From assembly GCA_052168235.1 (NCBI GenBank), contig JBQLZK010000009.1, forward strand, positions 66,827 through 130,826: a DNA stretch of 64,000 bases, given 5' to 3'. The translations under genes and the position numbers were made by a program. Of this stretch, positions 53,401-63,405 are shown in pieces. The notes beneath the pieces are model-generated. The model did no database searches. It was not told where the DNA came from and was given only the letters and a program-made list of their open reading frames with translations. The DNA is from Thainema sp. Its GTDB lineage: Bacteria; Cyanobacteriota; Cyanobacteriia; Phormidesmidales; Phormidesmidaceae. Within the stretch, counting starts at the first letter, position 1. Each line of letters starts with the position of its first letter.

Positions 53401-56400
53401 GCTGCCGTCAAAGCTTAGCCAAGTTGGGAGGGCTGAGCCATCAGCCAAAGTGGCTGTGAACGTGAGCGAGTCACCCACATCAGTATCACTGAATGCATTA
53501 GCTGGAATGGTGTAGCTAAATGCTTCATCTTCGATTGCCGTTTGATTACTTAGCTCATGCGCGACAGTCGGTGCATCGTTAGTGTTCTCGACCACTAAAC
53601 TGAAAGTGTTAGAGGTTGCGGCACCCGATTGGTCAGTTGCAGTGACAGTGATTAACAGAGTTCCCACATCCTCATTGAGAGGCGTACCGCTGAAGCTATT
53701 GCCATTGAAATTCAGCCAACTTGGGAGGGCTGAGCCATCAGCTAAAGTAGCGCTGTAGGTTATTAAGTCTCCTGCATCAACATCGCTGAATGCATCGTCT
53801 GGAATGGTGTAACTGAATGCTCCATCTTCGGTTGCGGTTTGATCACTTAGCTCATTCGCAACATCTGGTGCATCGTTGGCAGGAGTAACCAAGAAACTGC
53901 GGGTCACGCCTGTGATGTCGCCACCATTGTTATCGGTGACGGTATAAGTCAGAGTAACGTTGCCATTGAAGTTTTCATCTGGTGAGAGGGTATAGGTGCC
54001 ATCACCATTGTCGATCAGAGTACCCTCGTTGGAGGTTAGTCCAGTGACGGATAGAGCATCGCTGTCTGGATCGCTAAAGCCTTCAAGTAGGGTGCTGAGT
54101 TGGATGATAAGGTCAGTATCTTCTGCCGTGTTGGATACAATACCTGTTGCTGTTCCTGTTGGAGCACTATTATTGCTTGCGATCTCAATACTGTCGCTGG
54201 TAACTGTTTCCGCCGTACCACCTTGGTCAACATAGCTTATCTGCACCCGAATAAGCTGATTGGCCTGATCGTTGCTAGGAGTAAATGTGCTGTCAGTTGC
54301 TCCCGCAATATCATTCCAGGTGAAACCATCAAACTGCTGCCACTGATAAGTATAGGTGCTGCTATCAGGTAAGCCGTCAGCATCTACTAGGTTAGATATG
54401 TCTGCTGTGAGTAAGCTGTCTTCTTCAGGAATACCATTAATTGCGATAGGTATATCGATCCCTAGATTGATTACATGAAGCCCAGTGTTGTAATCCACAA
54501 CATAAGCGTAGTTACCAATTACACTTATACCCGTCGCATCTCCAGAGGTATTGTAACTGCTAACCAAGACGGGATTGCTTGGATCGCTGATATCTACAAC
54601 TTGTAGACCACTGTCAGCAGCAGCGACATAGGCGTAGTTACCAACGATATTTATATCGTGCGCATAGAACGTAGTATAGTACTCGCTCACAGTGGTGAGA
54701 TTATAAGGGTCGCTAATATCAATGACTTGCAGACCGCTATCAGCAGAAGCGATATAAGCATAACCCCCAACAATTTCTAGTTCTTCTAGCCTGCTAGCAG
54801 AAATATCGTATGTGCTGACGAGAAAAGGGTTATAGGGGTCACTAATATCAATGATTTGCAGACTACTATTAAAGTCATCTTCAACAGCAACATAAGCATA
54901 GTTGCCTATGACATTGATATCGCGAATTCCGCCTGAAACATCATAAGTACTAAGACGAGACGGCTTATATGGATAGGAATCTTGGTCACTAATGTCTACA
55001 ATTTGCAGACCGCCATTAAATCCATTATCACCGATATAAGCATAGTTGCCTATGACTTCTACTGCTGAAACATCGCTTGTATTGCCGTAGTTATCATAAC
55101 TACCGATAAGAGTAGGGTTATTGGGGTTACTGATATCAACGACTTGCAGGCCATCATAGCGAGTAGCAATATAGGCATAGTCCCCAACAATGGTTATATC
55201 TTCCGCATAGTTCCCTATGGAGTTGTCACTGACCAAAATAGGAGTATTGGGATCGCTAATATAAATGGCCTGTAAACCTTGATAATCGTTGGATATGACA
55301 TAGGCATAGTTCCCTGATACGCTTATGTCCCATGCAGATAACAGCGCATCGTAGGTGCTAGCAAGAGTCGGATTTTCAGGAAGCGCTTCACCCACTGGTG
55401 CATCATTAACTGGGGTAACGGCAAATTCACGGATCACTCCTGTAATGTCACCACCATTATTGTCAGTGACGGTATAGGTCAGAGTGGCACTGCCGTTGTA
55501 ATTAGCATTAGGTGAAAAGATATAAGTCCCATCACCGTTGTCAACAATTGAGCCTGTATCCGTAATAAGATCAACCACATACAAACTATCTCCCTCAGCA
55601 TCACTAAAACCTTCCGTTAGAGTGCTGAGCTGAATGATGAGGTCAGTGTCTTCCGCCGCATCGGGTATTGTCCCCGTTGCAGAACCTGAAGGCGGTGTAT
55701 TGTTTACATCGGTAATCCTGACCTGATCACTAGCAACCGTTTCAGTTGTGTCACCCTGATCGGTGTAGCTCATTTGGACTCGGATATCTTTGTTGATCTG
55801 ATCATCACCAGGAGTAAACGTGCTGTCAGTTGCTCCTACAATGTCGTTCCATGTGAAACCATCAAACTGCTGCCATTGGTAGGTATAGGTACCGCTATCA
55901 GGCAAGCCATCCGCGTCTACTAGATTGAAACTATCCGCAGTGAGCAGATTGTCTGTTTTAGGAACGCCACTAATCGAGATAGGATCAATGCTGATGCCCA
56001 AATCTATAATCTGAAGACCTTCAGTCTCGTCTGTAAGATAAGCGTAGTTACCTACTACACTGATACCTGTTACATTTCCAGAGGCATTGAAACTACCAAT
56101 CAAGACGAGATTATTTGGATCGCTGATGTCTAAAATTTGCAGACCGCTATCAGTGTCATTGACTGCAATATAGGCATAGTTGCCAACTATGTTTATGTCC
56201 CGTGCAAAACCAGATGTATTGTATTCACTTGCAAATATCGGATTGTATGGGTCGCTAATATTAATAACTTGCAGACCACCGTAAGAAGCAGCGACATAAG
56301 CATAATCTCCGGCAATTTTTAAATCTTCCGGTCTGCCAGAAATATCGTATGTGCTGACAAGAAAAGGATTATAGGGATCACTAATATCAATAATTTGCAG

Positions 56401-58965
56401 ACTACTATTAAAGTCATCTTCAACAGCAACATAAACATATTTGTCTATGACATTAATATCGCGAATCCAGCCAGAAATGCTATAAGTGCTAAGAGGGTAT
56501 TCGTAGTTGATTTCTACAATTTGCAGCCCATCATTAAACCCACCACCGATATAAGCATAGTCTCCTACAACTTCAACTGCTGAGACACTGCTTATATTGC
56601 CGTAATCATCATAGCTACTAACGAAAATAGGGTCGCCAGGGTTGCTGATATCAATAATTTGTAGACCGTCATAGCGAGTAGCGATATAGACATAATCACC
56701 AACTATGCTGATGTCTTCGGCATAGTTTCCTATGTAATTGTCACTAACCAGGATAGGACTATTCGGATCGCTAATATCGATGACCTGCAAACCTTGAGCA
56801 TCACTAAATATTACATAGGCATAGTTCCCTAATACCCTCAAGTCCTCCGCATGAACTAGCGTATCGTAGGTGATAACGAGAGTCGGGCTACTAGGAGCTT
56901 TTTTACCTACCGGTGTATCATTGGCTGGAGTGACAAAGAAACTGCGGGTTACACCTCTAATCTCACCGCCATTACCATCGGTCACAGTGTATGTTAAGGT
57001 GGCGCTGCCGTTGTGGTCTGCATTAGGCGAGAAAGTATAGGTACCGTCTCTGTTATCAATAATTGTTCCTGCATCGGCAGTAAGACCACTGATAAAAAGA
57101 TTATCTCCATCCGCATCGCTGAAGCCTTCGATGAGATCTTGATAATCGATGATCAGATCCGTATCTTCTACAGTATCCGGTACTGTTCCTGTAGCTGTCC
57201 CGAATGGGGCATCATTGATATTGGTGATTATTACTCCCGCACTAGTAACTGTTTCAGTCGTACCACCCTGATCGGTGTAGCTCATCTGGACTCGTATTTC
57301 TTGCCCAACTTGGTCATCACCAGGAGTAAATGTGTTGTCAGTTGCTCCCGTAATATCGTTCCAAGTAAAGCCATCGAACTGCTGCCATTTATAGGTGTAA
57401 GTGCTGCTATCGGGTAGTCCATCTGCATCTGCCAGATTAGAAGTGTCTGCAGTAAGTAAATTATCTTCTTGAGGAGTCCCGCTAATGGCAATTGGGTTGC
57501 TACCTAGTTCTATGATCTGAAGACCGTCAAAACCCTTTGCAATGTAGGCATAGTTGCCGACCACGCTCACCCCATATGCACCTGATGAACCTGAGTTAAT
57601 AGTACCCGTAGAAACAGGATTACTTGGATCGCTGATATCAATAATTTGTAAGCTTCTGAAGCCATCTGCAACATAAGCATAGTTGCCAATGATTTTGACA
57701 TCAAGAGCAAACCCCAGAGTGTTGTAAGTTCCAATTAGAGCAAGGCTGTTTGGGTTGCTGATGTCGATAATCTGCAGACCGTCAGCACCATCTGCAACAT
57801 AGGCATAGTTGTCGAATATAGTGACACTAGACGCGTAACCAGGTGTATCTTGTGCACTGAGCAAAACAGGACTATTAGGGTCACTAACGTCAATAATTTG
57901 TAGACCGTTGTAGCCGCTCACAATATAAGCATAGTTACCAACAATACTCACACCTTCAACTCGACTCGATATATCGCAGTTGCCAACAAGAGTAGGACTA
58001 TTAGGGTCGCTAATATCAATAATTTGTAGACCGCTATTACCATCAGCAACATAGGCATAGTTGCCAACAATACTTACGTCATACATATGGTGTGAGCTAC
58101 TATAGCTGCCTATAGAAATAGGACTAGCAGGGTTGCTAACATCAATAATTTGTAGACCATTCGTAGCATCTGTAACGTACGCATAGTTACCGACAACACT
58201 GATGCCATTAGCATAGCCTGAAGTATTGTAGTTCCCTATTAGGATAGGATTTTCTGGGTTGCTGATATCAATGATCTGTAGGCCACTAGAACCATCAGCA
58301 GTATAGGCATAATTGCCGATAACTACCACGTCTCGGGACTCGCCCGAAGTATTATAAGTGCTGGTCAAAGTAGGATTATTCGGAGCACCTTGATCGGCTG
58401 GAGGAGTGTTGAACATTCCTTGATAACTGCTGAGTACAGATGTGGTCCAAGGTGAAACCGAAATGCGGCCAGATGTTCGCCCTAGAAGCAAATTAAGTTG
58501 CCATGTTCCGCCATGTCTTAAGCTTCCTACAGCTTGGGAAGAGGCATATATGTTTGCCTGAGTTATGCAATACAGTTGGCCTAAAAACTCTTCACCAGCG
58601 TCACCAGCAGCAACATTACAGCCATATAGAAAAAGTGAAGATTGAGGAACACACCAGGTTTTGAGTTGTTGAGAATAGGTTTTTAGGGTATCAAGACTAA
58701 GCTGACTGTTACCAAGGTAAAGACAGCCAGGTGAGCCATGAGAGACGAGATGGAGAGAAAAGCAATTTATGAGTTGGAGTTTTAGACTTTGCAAAATTTC
58801 AGTGATTTGAATAATGCCGTCTCGCCCTGGGTCAAGAACGAAAATATCGAATTCAGGAGACGCGTTAGCAATCAGAAATTGGTGGTCGTTGACATGTGTG
58901 TCAATAATCAAAATTTGGCGAGATAGACTGTGACTGTCAAAAGACTGAAGGGATGGTTGTAGCAT
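50419..58965 (-). CDS. Giant surface/adhesin-like protein: DUF4347, three LVIVD-repeat blocks, cadherin-like and Ig repeats, VCBS, C-terminal FG-GAP-like repeats
   Basis: HLVSHGSPG..YGCNVAAG, many GNYAYVAD..GLQIIDIS repeats, NDAP/LPSWLSFDG repeats and GDFD..DDILW repeats. The start is 58965 or 59064. Confidence 0.9.
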   Translation of the reverse strand: MLQPSLQSFDSHSLSRQILIIDTHVNDHQFLIANASPEFDIFVLDPGRDGIIQITEILQSLKLQLINCFSLHLVSHGSPGCLYLGNSQLSLDTLKTYSQQLKTWCVPQSSLFLYGCNVAAGDAGEEFLGQLYCITQANIYASSQAVGSLRHGGTWQLNLLLGRTSGRISVSPWTTSVLSSYQGMFNTPPADQGAPNNPTLTSTYNTSGESRDVVVIGNYAYTADGSSGLQIIDISNPENPILIGNYNTSGYANGISVVGNYAYVTDATNGLQIIDVSNPASPISIGSYSSSHHMYDVSIVGNYAYVADGNSGLQIIDISDPNSPTLVGNCDISSRVEGVSIVGNYAYIVSGYNGLQIIDVSDPNSPVLLSAQDTPGYASSVTIFDNYAYVADGADGLQIIDISNPNSLALIGTYNTLGFALDVKIIGNYAYVADGFRSLQIIDISDPSNPVSTGTINSGSSGAYGVSVVGNYAYIAKGFDGLQIIELGSNPIAISGTPQEDNLLTADTSNLADADGLPDSSTYTYKWQQFDGFTWNDITGATDNTFTPGDDQVGQEIRVQMSYTDQGGTTETVTSAGVIITNINDAPFGTATGTVPDTVEDTDLIIDYQDLIEGFSDADGDNLFISGLTADAGTIIDNRDGTYTFSPNADHNGSATLTYTVTDGNGGEIRGVTRSFFVTPANDTPVGKKAPSSPTLVITYDTLVHAEDLRVLGNYAYVIFSDAQGLQVIDISDPNSPILVSDNYIGNYAEDISIVGDYVYIATRYDGLQIIDISNPGDPIFVSSYDDYGNISSVSAVEVVGDYAYIGGGFNDGLQIVEINYEYPLSTYSISGWIRDINVIDKYVYVAVEDDFNSSLQIIDISDPYNPFLVSTYDISGRPEDLKIAGDYAYVAASYGGLQVINISDPYNPIFASEYNTSGFARDINIVGNYAYIAVNDTDSGLQILDISDPNNLVLIGSFNASGNVTGISVVGNYAYLTDETEGLQIIDLGISIDPISISGVPKTDNLLTADSFNLVDADGLPDSGTYTYQWQQFDGFTWNDIVGATDSTFTPGDDQINKDIRVQMSYTDQGDTTETVASDQVRITDVNNTPPSGSATGTIPDAAEDTDLIIQLSTLTEGFSDAEGDSLYVVDLITDTGSIVDNGDGTYIFSPNANYNGSATLTYTVTDNNGGDITGVIREFAVTPVNDAPVGEALPENPTLASTYDALLSAWDISVSGNYAYVISNDYQGLQAIYISDPNTPILVSDNSIGNYAEDITIVGDYAYIATRYDGLQVVDISNPNNPTLIGSYDNYGNTSDVSAVEVIGNYAYIGDNGFNGGLQIVDISDQDSYPYKPSRLSTYDVSGGIRDINVIGNYAYVAVEDDFNSSLQIIDISDPYNPFLVSTYDISASRLEELEIVGGYAYIASADSGLQVIDISDPYNLTTVSEYYTTFYAHDINIVGNYAYVAAADSGLQVVDISDPSNPVLVSSYNTSGDATGISVIGNYAYVVDYNTGLHVINLGIDIPIAINGIPEEDSLLTADISNLVDADGLPDSSTYTYQWQQFDGFTWNDIAGATDSTFTPSNDQANQLIRVQISYVDQGGTAETVTSDSIEIASNNSAPTGTATGIVSNTAEDTDLIIQLSTLLEGFSDPDSDALSVTGLTSNEGTLIDNGDGTYTLSPDENFNGNVTLTYTVTDNNGGDITGVTRSFLVTPANDAPDVANELSDQTATEDGAFSYTIPDDAFSDVDAGDLITYSATLADGSALPSWLNFNGNSFSGTPLNEDVGTLLITVTATDQSGAATSNTFSLVVENTNDAPTVAHELSNQTAIEDEAFSYTIPANAFSDTDVGDSLTFTATLADGSALPTWLSFDGSRFTGTPFNEDVGVLSITVIATDQLGAITSNTFDLVIENINDAPTGTATGIVPDTTEDTDLIIQLSTLLEGFSDPESDALSVSGLTSDAGTMVDNNDGTFTFSPDADFNGSVTLTYTVTDSNGGDITGVSRSFSVTSVNDAPTVANELSDQTATEDEVFSYTIPSDTFSDIDSNDSLTLDATLADGAPLPTWLSFDGNSFTGIPLNADVGVLSITITAIDQSGDTISNTFDLVVENVNDAPTGVATSIVPDTAEDNDLIIQLSTLLEGFTDADGDTLSVSGLTADVGTLMDNNDGTYTFSPDADYNGRVTLTYTVTDNNGGDITGVTHTFSVTSVNDAPAVANEFSHQTAIEDEVFSYTIPVNAFSDVDAGDSLTFSATLADGTPLPSWLSFDGSSFSGTPLNADVGVLSITVIATDQSGATTSDTFNLTIANTNDSPTGTASGTVSNTLEDNDLIIQLSTLLEGFSDPDGDVLLVIGLTSDEGSVIDNGDGTYTFSPNANFNGTVTLTYTVTDSNGGDITGVFRSFSVTPVNDAPTVANELSNQTAIEDEIFSYTIPSDTFSDIDVNDPLTLVATLADGTPLPSWLSFDGNNFSGTPLNENVGVLSITVTATDQADATSSDTFELTIENINDPAVITGDAVGSVTEDASTSSVTGSLSASDIDSTVGFTAQTHTVGMYGSFSIDAQGNWLYTLNNADEDTNVLIDGNAVTETFTVTTDDGTAQDIVITVNGTDDSKTDFNGDDLPDLVWRNASRGLTSIWFTDGQNRLSSGSTSDTVSSSSWITAGVGDYDKDGNRDDILWRNTVNGQNVIWFMDGLNKVGNATLDTVTNTDWTIQGIGDFDHSGYVDDILWQHQGNGSTIVWTMDGATKTGNLDFGTVDTDWQAQGVGDFEANGNIDDIVWRNRQTGQNTIWETDGLIVENTVTTLPTMGANWRIEGVSDFDGDGYTDDLLWRNHSILFGGQITTWSIDNGSVTNTGSISPTVFDLAWDVVV

Positions 58966-59801
58966 GTAAATCTGACCTTTAGAAACTGTGTTGAGTGAGA
59001 GAAGCGCTTTTATCAATAGATGTGCAGTTTGATGCCGTTTTATGATATAGGTCGCAAATAGCACATCTATCGAAAGCGCTTTTCGAAACGTTATACAGTT
59101 CTAAACTTCCCGTAACCAAGCAAAGAATTGATAGTCAATAGTAAATTTATTATCTGTTTTTTATGCCTATTCAATATGGTTCTTTATTGAATAAGCATGA
59201 TTTATTAAGTAGATTTACGCATATAACAATACTTTCAATATAGAAAATTTTAACTGGCTCTTTTTTTAAGCTGTTATTTTTAGTTCTCATCGTTATTCAA
59301 TAGCTCTGTTTTTGGTTAAGCTAATGTTTTAGCTTAAGCTAATGTTTTAGCTTTTTTAGACATTTTAATTTTGTAATATGAATTGTGATTATAGGTAATT
59401 TTAGAATGTGCGATCGCACTCCCATCTGCTCTTCTAAAGTTGCCCAATTTTCACACCTATAATACATGTTATGCCGAGTGTTTGGGGTGAGAGGGGTGAG
59501 TCTTAAGATGAGTTTTGTGTTGGTTAACTTGAGTCTTATTTTAAGAAGCTACTGATAAGCCTGAAGAAAACGTCATAGCTCATTGCTAATCAGGATGAAG
59601 GGTGCCCAGTAATAGGGATGGTGGCCCAAAATCTCAGCTTCGCTATTTAAGGGTCTTATAGCAGAAGAGTTAAACTCAGCCTTTGGGGGACAAAGCAATG
59701 GGAGTTTGCTAAATTTTCGCCTTCTTTGCATTTCCTTCCTGTTTGGTGGGCATTCTGATTGAAAGAATATTGATAAAGAATATTGATAAGGTATACGGGA
59801 G

Positions 59802-62447
59802 ATGAGGGTGGATTTCTCTCGACCGGGGCAAGCAGCAGAAATTTGGCAGAATCTTCAGATTGAAACGAACTGGGAGCATTATGGTCGCCCTTCAGGTCAG
59901 AGATTCTTAGGTAGCATTCGGATACCTAGGCAGAACTCAGAACAACCACCCGACTCAGAACAACTGCTTGATATTGCAGCTCAAAATCTAGGTCGCGTTA
60001 GCTCCTTAACATTTAACCGCTTGTGTGAAAGGTTTAATGTTTATGATCCTCAGAGATATTGGATTCGGATTGTTACTCTGGCATTGTCTGAATATGCATA
60101 CTACGGCGAAGGCGAGGCCGGTTTTTGGCAAGGAGTATGCGATCGCCTAAAGTTACAAAATACTCAGGGCACTCAAAATGCGTTACGAGAGGTAGTCCGA
60201 CAAGGAAGCGATTTGCTTGGGCTAAGAGTTATTAAAGACAAACGAAATGAAGGAGTTCGCTGCGTCTCCACTTTGTGTTTACAAAGTGGAATTCCTCAGC
60301 AGAATATCAGCCATTTTGCAGCATTATTAGAAGAGCTCGCTCGGCAATATGACTGGTGGGATATTGCCCATGCTGAACCAGAAGATCTATCCCAGTTGCT
60401 GTATGAATTTTGTCAGCAGAATCACCCCCAGTGGGGAAAGTTGCTCACGTTTCTTAAAAGCAGTTGTACGGATAGTGATGAGGAAGCTGAACCAGTCTCA
60501 GGAGAGCTTCTTCAGGGACTTGCGGTTGTTACCCAAGCTTTGGAAAGACAGGGATTAGAGCCAGCAGTTTTGCAAGATGCCCATCAACGAGAGCAGCGGC
60601 TACAAAATTTTTGCTTGCCCAATACGTTTTTTCTCCGCAGTTGGGATAACTTAATCCAAGTTCTGACACTACAGGAAGGGAGGTCAAGTTATCGACGAAA
60701 AATTATCAGTTTGCGGAAGAAGCCCCTCCTACTTATGCTGGATGTTGCTGATTCAATGGATATTCAGCTTGTTTTATCTGCTCAAATGCTTTGGCAGTCC
60801 GACTGGCGAAACTGGCGGGGAACCTTTGCTCAGATCCAGGAGTACCCTTGGGAAACAACGTTACCGATAGATGGAGCCTTGGAGATTCCAGAACTGACAT
60901 TGCCAATTTGCAATATAGCGCAGGATTGGGTCTGGCACTTACGATCGCATACTGGTGCATTGCTCGTTGAATGGCGTTGCCAAGGTGTTAATCAGGACTT
61001 TCCTGTTTTAATCTTTGATGCTTGGACAGGCGATCGCTTAGTTCTTTCCCATGAATTGACGGGAAAAACTGAGATTATTTGCTTCTACGATAGAACAATT
61101 CAGTTAAGGATGTCAGATGGGATTGAACTGATTGATAGCTTTGTGCCTTGCAGTATTTCAGGTTGGCGAGGACAGCAACTACAACTTATCAGCGAGAAAG
61201 CTCAACTCACAATTGGCTCTGCTCAATCCACACAGGTAATTGATTGGGATAACTCTCAAACAAACTATCCCAAACTGAGGGGAATCAAACTAAAGCTTAA
61301 AGAAACGACTTATCTAGAAATACCCTCGATATGGTATCCGCCCATCACGCTGCCCAAGACACTCAACATTCAAATCGAGGATATTGAGAGCCGCCAAATA
61401 CTGACCGCATCAAATGAGCAACTGTCCTTGTTGGCTAGCTCAGATTGGCAGCAGATTCAATTATCACAGTGGATTACTCAGAGCAGCGTCTATGTTGTAA
61501 AACTGTGGTCTGGGAGTGAACACTGGTCTGAAAAGTTTGAATTGCAGTCCACTTTCACGCTAGATCAGTCTAACCCAATTCCTTCTATCCAAGTTTGCGA
61601 TCGCACCGATTGCCCTATTGAAACTCCACGGCAAATCTCTTCAAGCAGTAAATTCTGGTTAGAAGAGTTAACATTACAAAATTTATGGCCCTTGGAAGAA
61701 GTAAGTTTCCTACTATCGAACGGACAGGAAAATTATAATTTTGTCAGGCAAGCCAATATATCTGGCGTTTTGCCTCTTAATTTAGCAGCACTGCGCGATG
61801 TCTTATCTGAATCAGATTGGTATTGTTTGAGCTATCAACGATTGGGGGAAGAACGCTGTGACTTGCTTAAAATATCTACCGCGCAGTCAGTAAACTGCAC
61901 ATGGACGCAACAAGCAATTCATCTATCAGGATTACGTTCAGAGCAATCTTATACGTTATCTCTCTGGAATCTTTTACGTCCAGATCAACCATTACTTAGC
62001 TTCAATCTTGAGGAGAATCGAGAGTATTGCACAGCTCCTCTACAAGATTGGTTGTCCGGTACTTTTGGGATTTTCCATGTTGAGTTGGGAGACTCGACAG
62101 TCTCTCGTCAGAGCTTAGGATGGTGGTCGAACATTCAGGAAATCAAAAATTTTATATTGCCTGATGAGCTTTTTAATGATTACTGCCTCAATATTATTAA
62201 CAATGAATGTCATGAGGATTTCCGTAGATTTTGTGCGAACATCATTCCATCTATTGATCGCGATCAGATCAGAAGAGCGATCCAAGACTTAAGCTCAGAA
62301 AATCTTGACGGATTTATACCAGGCGGAATTGATCGGGAAATATTGATAGTAAAAACACTGTTTTTTTTGCCCGAGACGGATTCAGAATATGTGCCTATAA
62401 TTCAAAAAATATTAACCTTTTTCCCATCATTAAAAGAAAGAGTCTAA
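59802..62447 (+). CDS. Large hypothetical protein, first gene of the helicase operon
   Basis: 881-aa ORF, co-directional and tightly linked to the next two genes. Confidence 0.7.
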   Translation: MRVDFSRPGQAAEIWQNLQIETNWEHYGRPSGQRFLGSIRIPRQNSEQPPDSEQLLDIAAQNLGRVSSLTFNRLCERFNVYDPQRYWIRIVTLALSEYAYYGEGEAGFWQGVCDRLKLQNTQGTQNALREVVRQGSDLLGLRVIKDKRNEGVRCVSTLCLQSGIPQQNISHFAALLEELARQYDWWDIAHAEPEDLSQLLYEFCQQNHPQWGKLLTFLKSSCTDSDEEAEPVSGELLQGLAVVTQALERQGLEPAVLQDAHQREQRLQNFCLPNTFFLRSWDNLIQVLTLQEGRSSYRRKIISLRKKPLLLMLDVADSMDIQLVLSAQMLWQSDWRNWRGTFAQIQEYPWETTLPIDGALEIPELTLPICNIAQDWVWHLRSHTGALLVEWRCQGVNQDFPVLIFDAWTGDRLVLSHELTGKTEIICFYDRTIQLRMSDGIELIDSFVPCSISGWRGQQLQLISEKAQLTIGSAQSTQVIDWDNSQTNYPKLRGIKLKLKETTYLEIPSIWYPPITLPKTLNIQIEDIESRQILTASNEQLSLLASSDWQQIQLSQWITQSSVYVVKLWSGSEHWSEKFELQSTFTLDQSNPIPSIQVCDRTDCPIETPRQISSSSKFWLEELTLQNLWPLEEVSFLLSNGQENYNFVRQANISGVLPLNLAALRDVLSESDWYCLSYQRLGEERCDLLKISTAQSVNCTWTQQAIHLSGLRSEQSYTLSLWNLLRPDQPLLSFNLEENREYCTAPLQDWLSGTFGIFHVELGDSTVSRQSLGWWSNIQEIKNFILPDELFNDYCLNIINNECHEDFRRFCANIIPSIDRDQIRRAIQDLSSENLDGFIPGGIDREILIVKTLFFLPETDSEYVPIIQKILTFFPSLKERV

Positions 62448-62454
62448 TAAAGTA

Positions 62455-63375
62455 ATGTATACAGACCTGATCATTCAAATTCTCTACAATCACCGACAAC
62501 CTCATGATCTAAGGCATCCAAAAGCGCTGAAAATTCGAACAATTAAAAATTTAGTTGAACATAGTTGCTCCCCCAACCATACTGTTACTTCTGAACAAAT
62601 CAAAGAAGACTTGCAAGAGTTGCAAGCTCGGCGTGAGGTTTTAGCAGGTACAGGGAACCAATTTTGTATAGCTCCTCCAGTAATTTTGGTAGAGGATGAG
62701 AAGAATCTTGTAGGAGTTTTATTTAAGGGCGATCTCGCGTACCTAAAATTAGCTCATCAAGCCTTAGAAACGGGTCAACCGATTACCACAAATCCACTTC
62801 GCCCTAAAATTCATGGCTTTCACCGGATCAAAGAGCGCCTGAAAAATCATGGGATTCGCCTGTTGACAGTCACGGATAGTGTCGAGCATCTTCCTCAGCC
62901 CAAAAAGCCCGAACTCCATCTACTTTCTGGAGCAGAGTGGCATGAAGATCCATTTCAGTGCTGGTCAACATCAGGCTTGATTCAAGTCTATCGCCCAACA
63001 TCTCAGTGGCAGAATCAAGGGGAACGATGGCAACACATCACCCAGACTGATGTCACGGGTAATTCTCTCCTCAAACTATCTACAGGGGAATATCTCTGGT
63101 TTGCAGCAGATCAGTTTTATGAGTTATCGCCTGATGCCGCAAGTTTAGCCATGTTCTGGCTAGATAAACAAGCAAGCTTGCCATTGCTGGTTGAGTACGA
63201 TGAGGTACCTGGTCGCTTGAACTTGCAAGGAACTATTCTGCCTAGTTCCTACGCTCAATGGCTTTGGCGACTTTCTAAGCCCGATCCCGATCAACCACGA
63301 ACACGGCTATTTGAGCTAACTCAACGTGCGATCGTTCGCCAAGCCTTAACTCAATTGGGTTGTTCCCTTGTTTAG
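62455..63375 (+). CDS. Hypothetical protein, second gene of the helicase operon
   Basis: 306-aa ORF 7 nt after the previous stop. Confidence 0.7.
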   Translation: MYTDLIIQILYNHRQPHDLRHPKALKIRTIKNLVEHSCSPNHTVTSEQIKEDLQELQARREVLAGTGNQFCIAPPVILVEDEKNLVGVLFKGDLAYLKLAHQALETGQPITTNPLRPKIHGFHRIKERLKNHGIRLLTVTDSVEHLPQPKKPELHLLSGAEWHEDPFQCWSTSGLIQVYRPTSQWQNQGERWQHITQTDVTGNSLLKLSTGEYLWFAADQFYELSPDAASLAMFWLDKQASLPLLVEYDEVPGRLNLQGTILPSSYAQWLWRLSKPDPDQPRTRLFELTQRAIVRQALTQLGCSLV

Positions 63376-63405
63376 TTATTCTCTGCTTCTCCCTCTAGTA
63401 CCATC

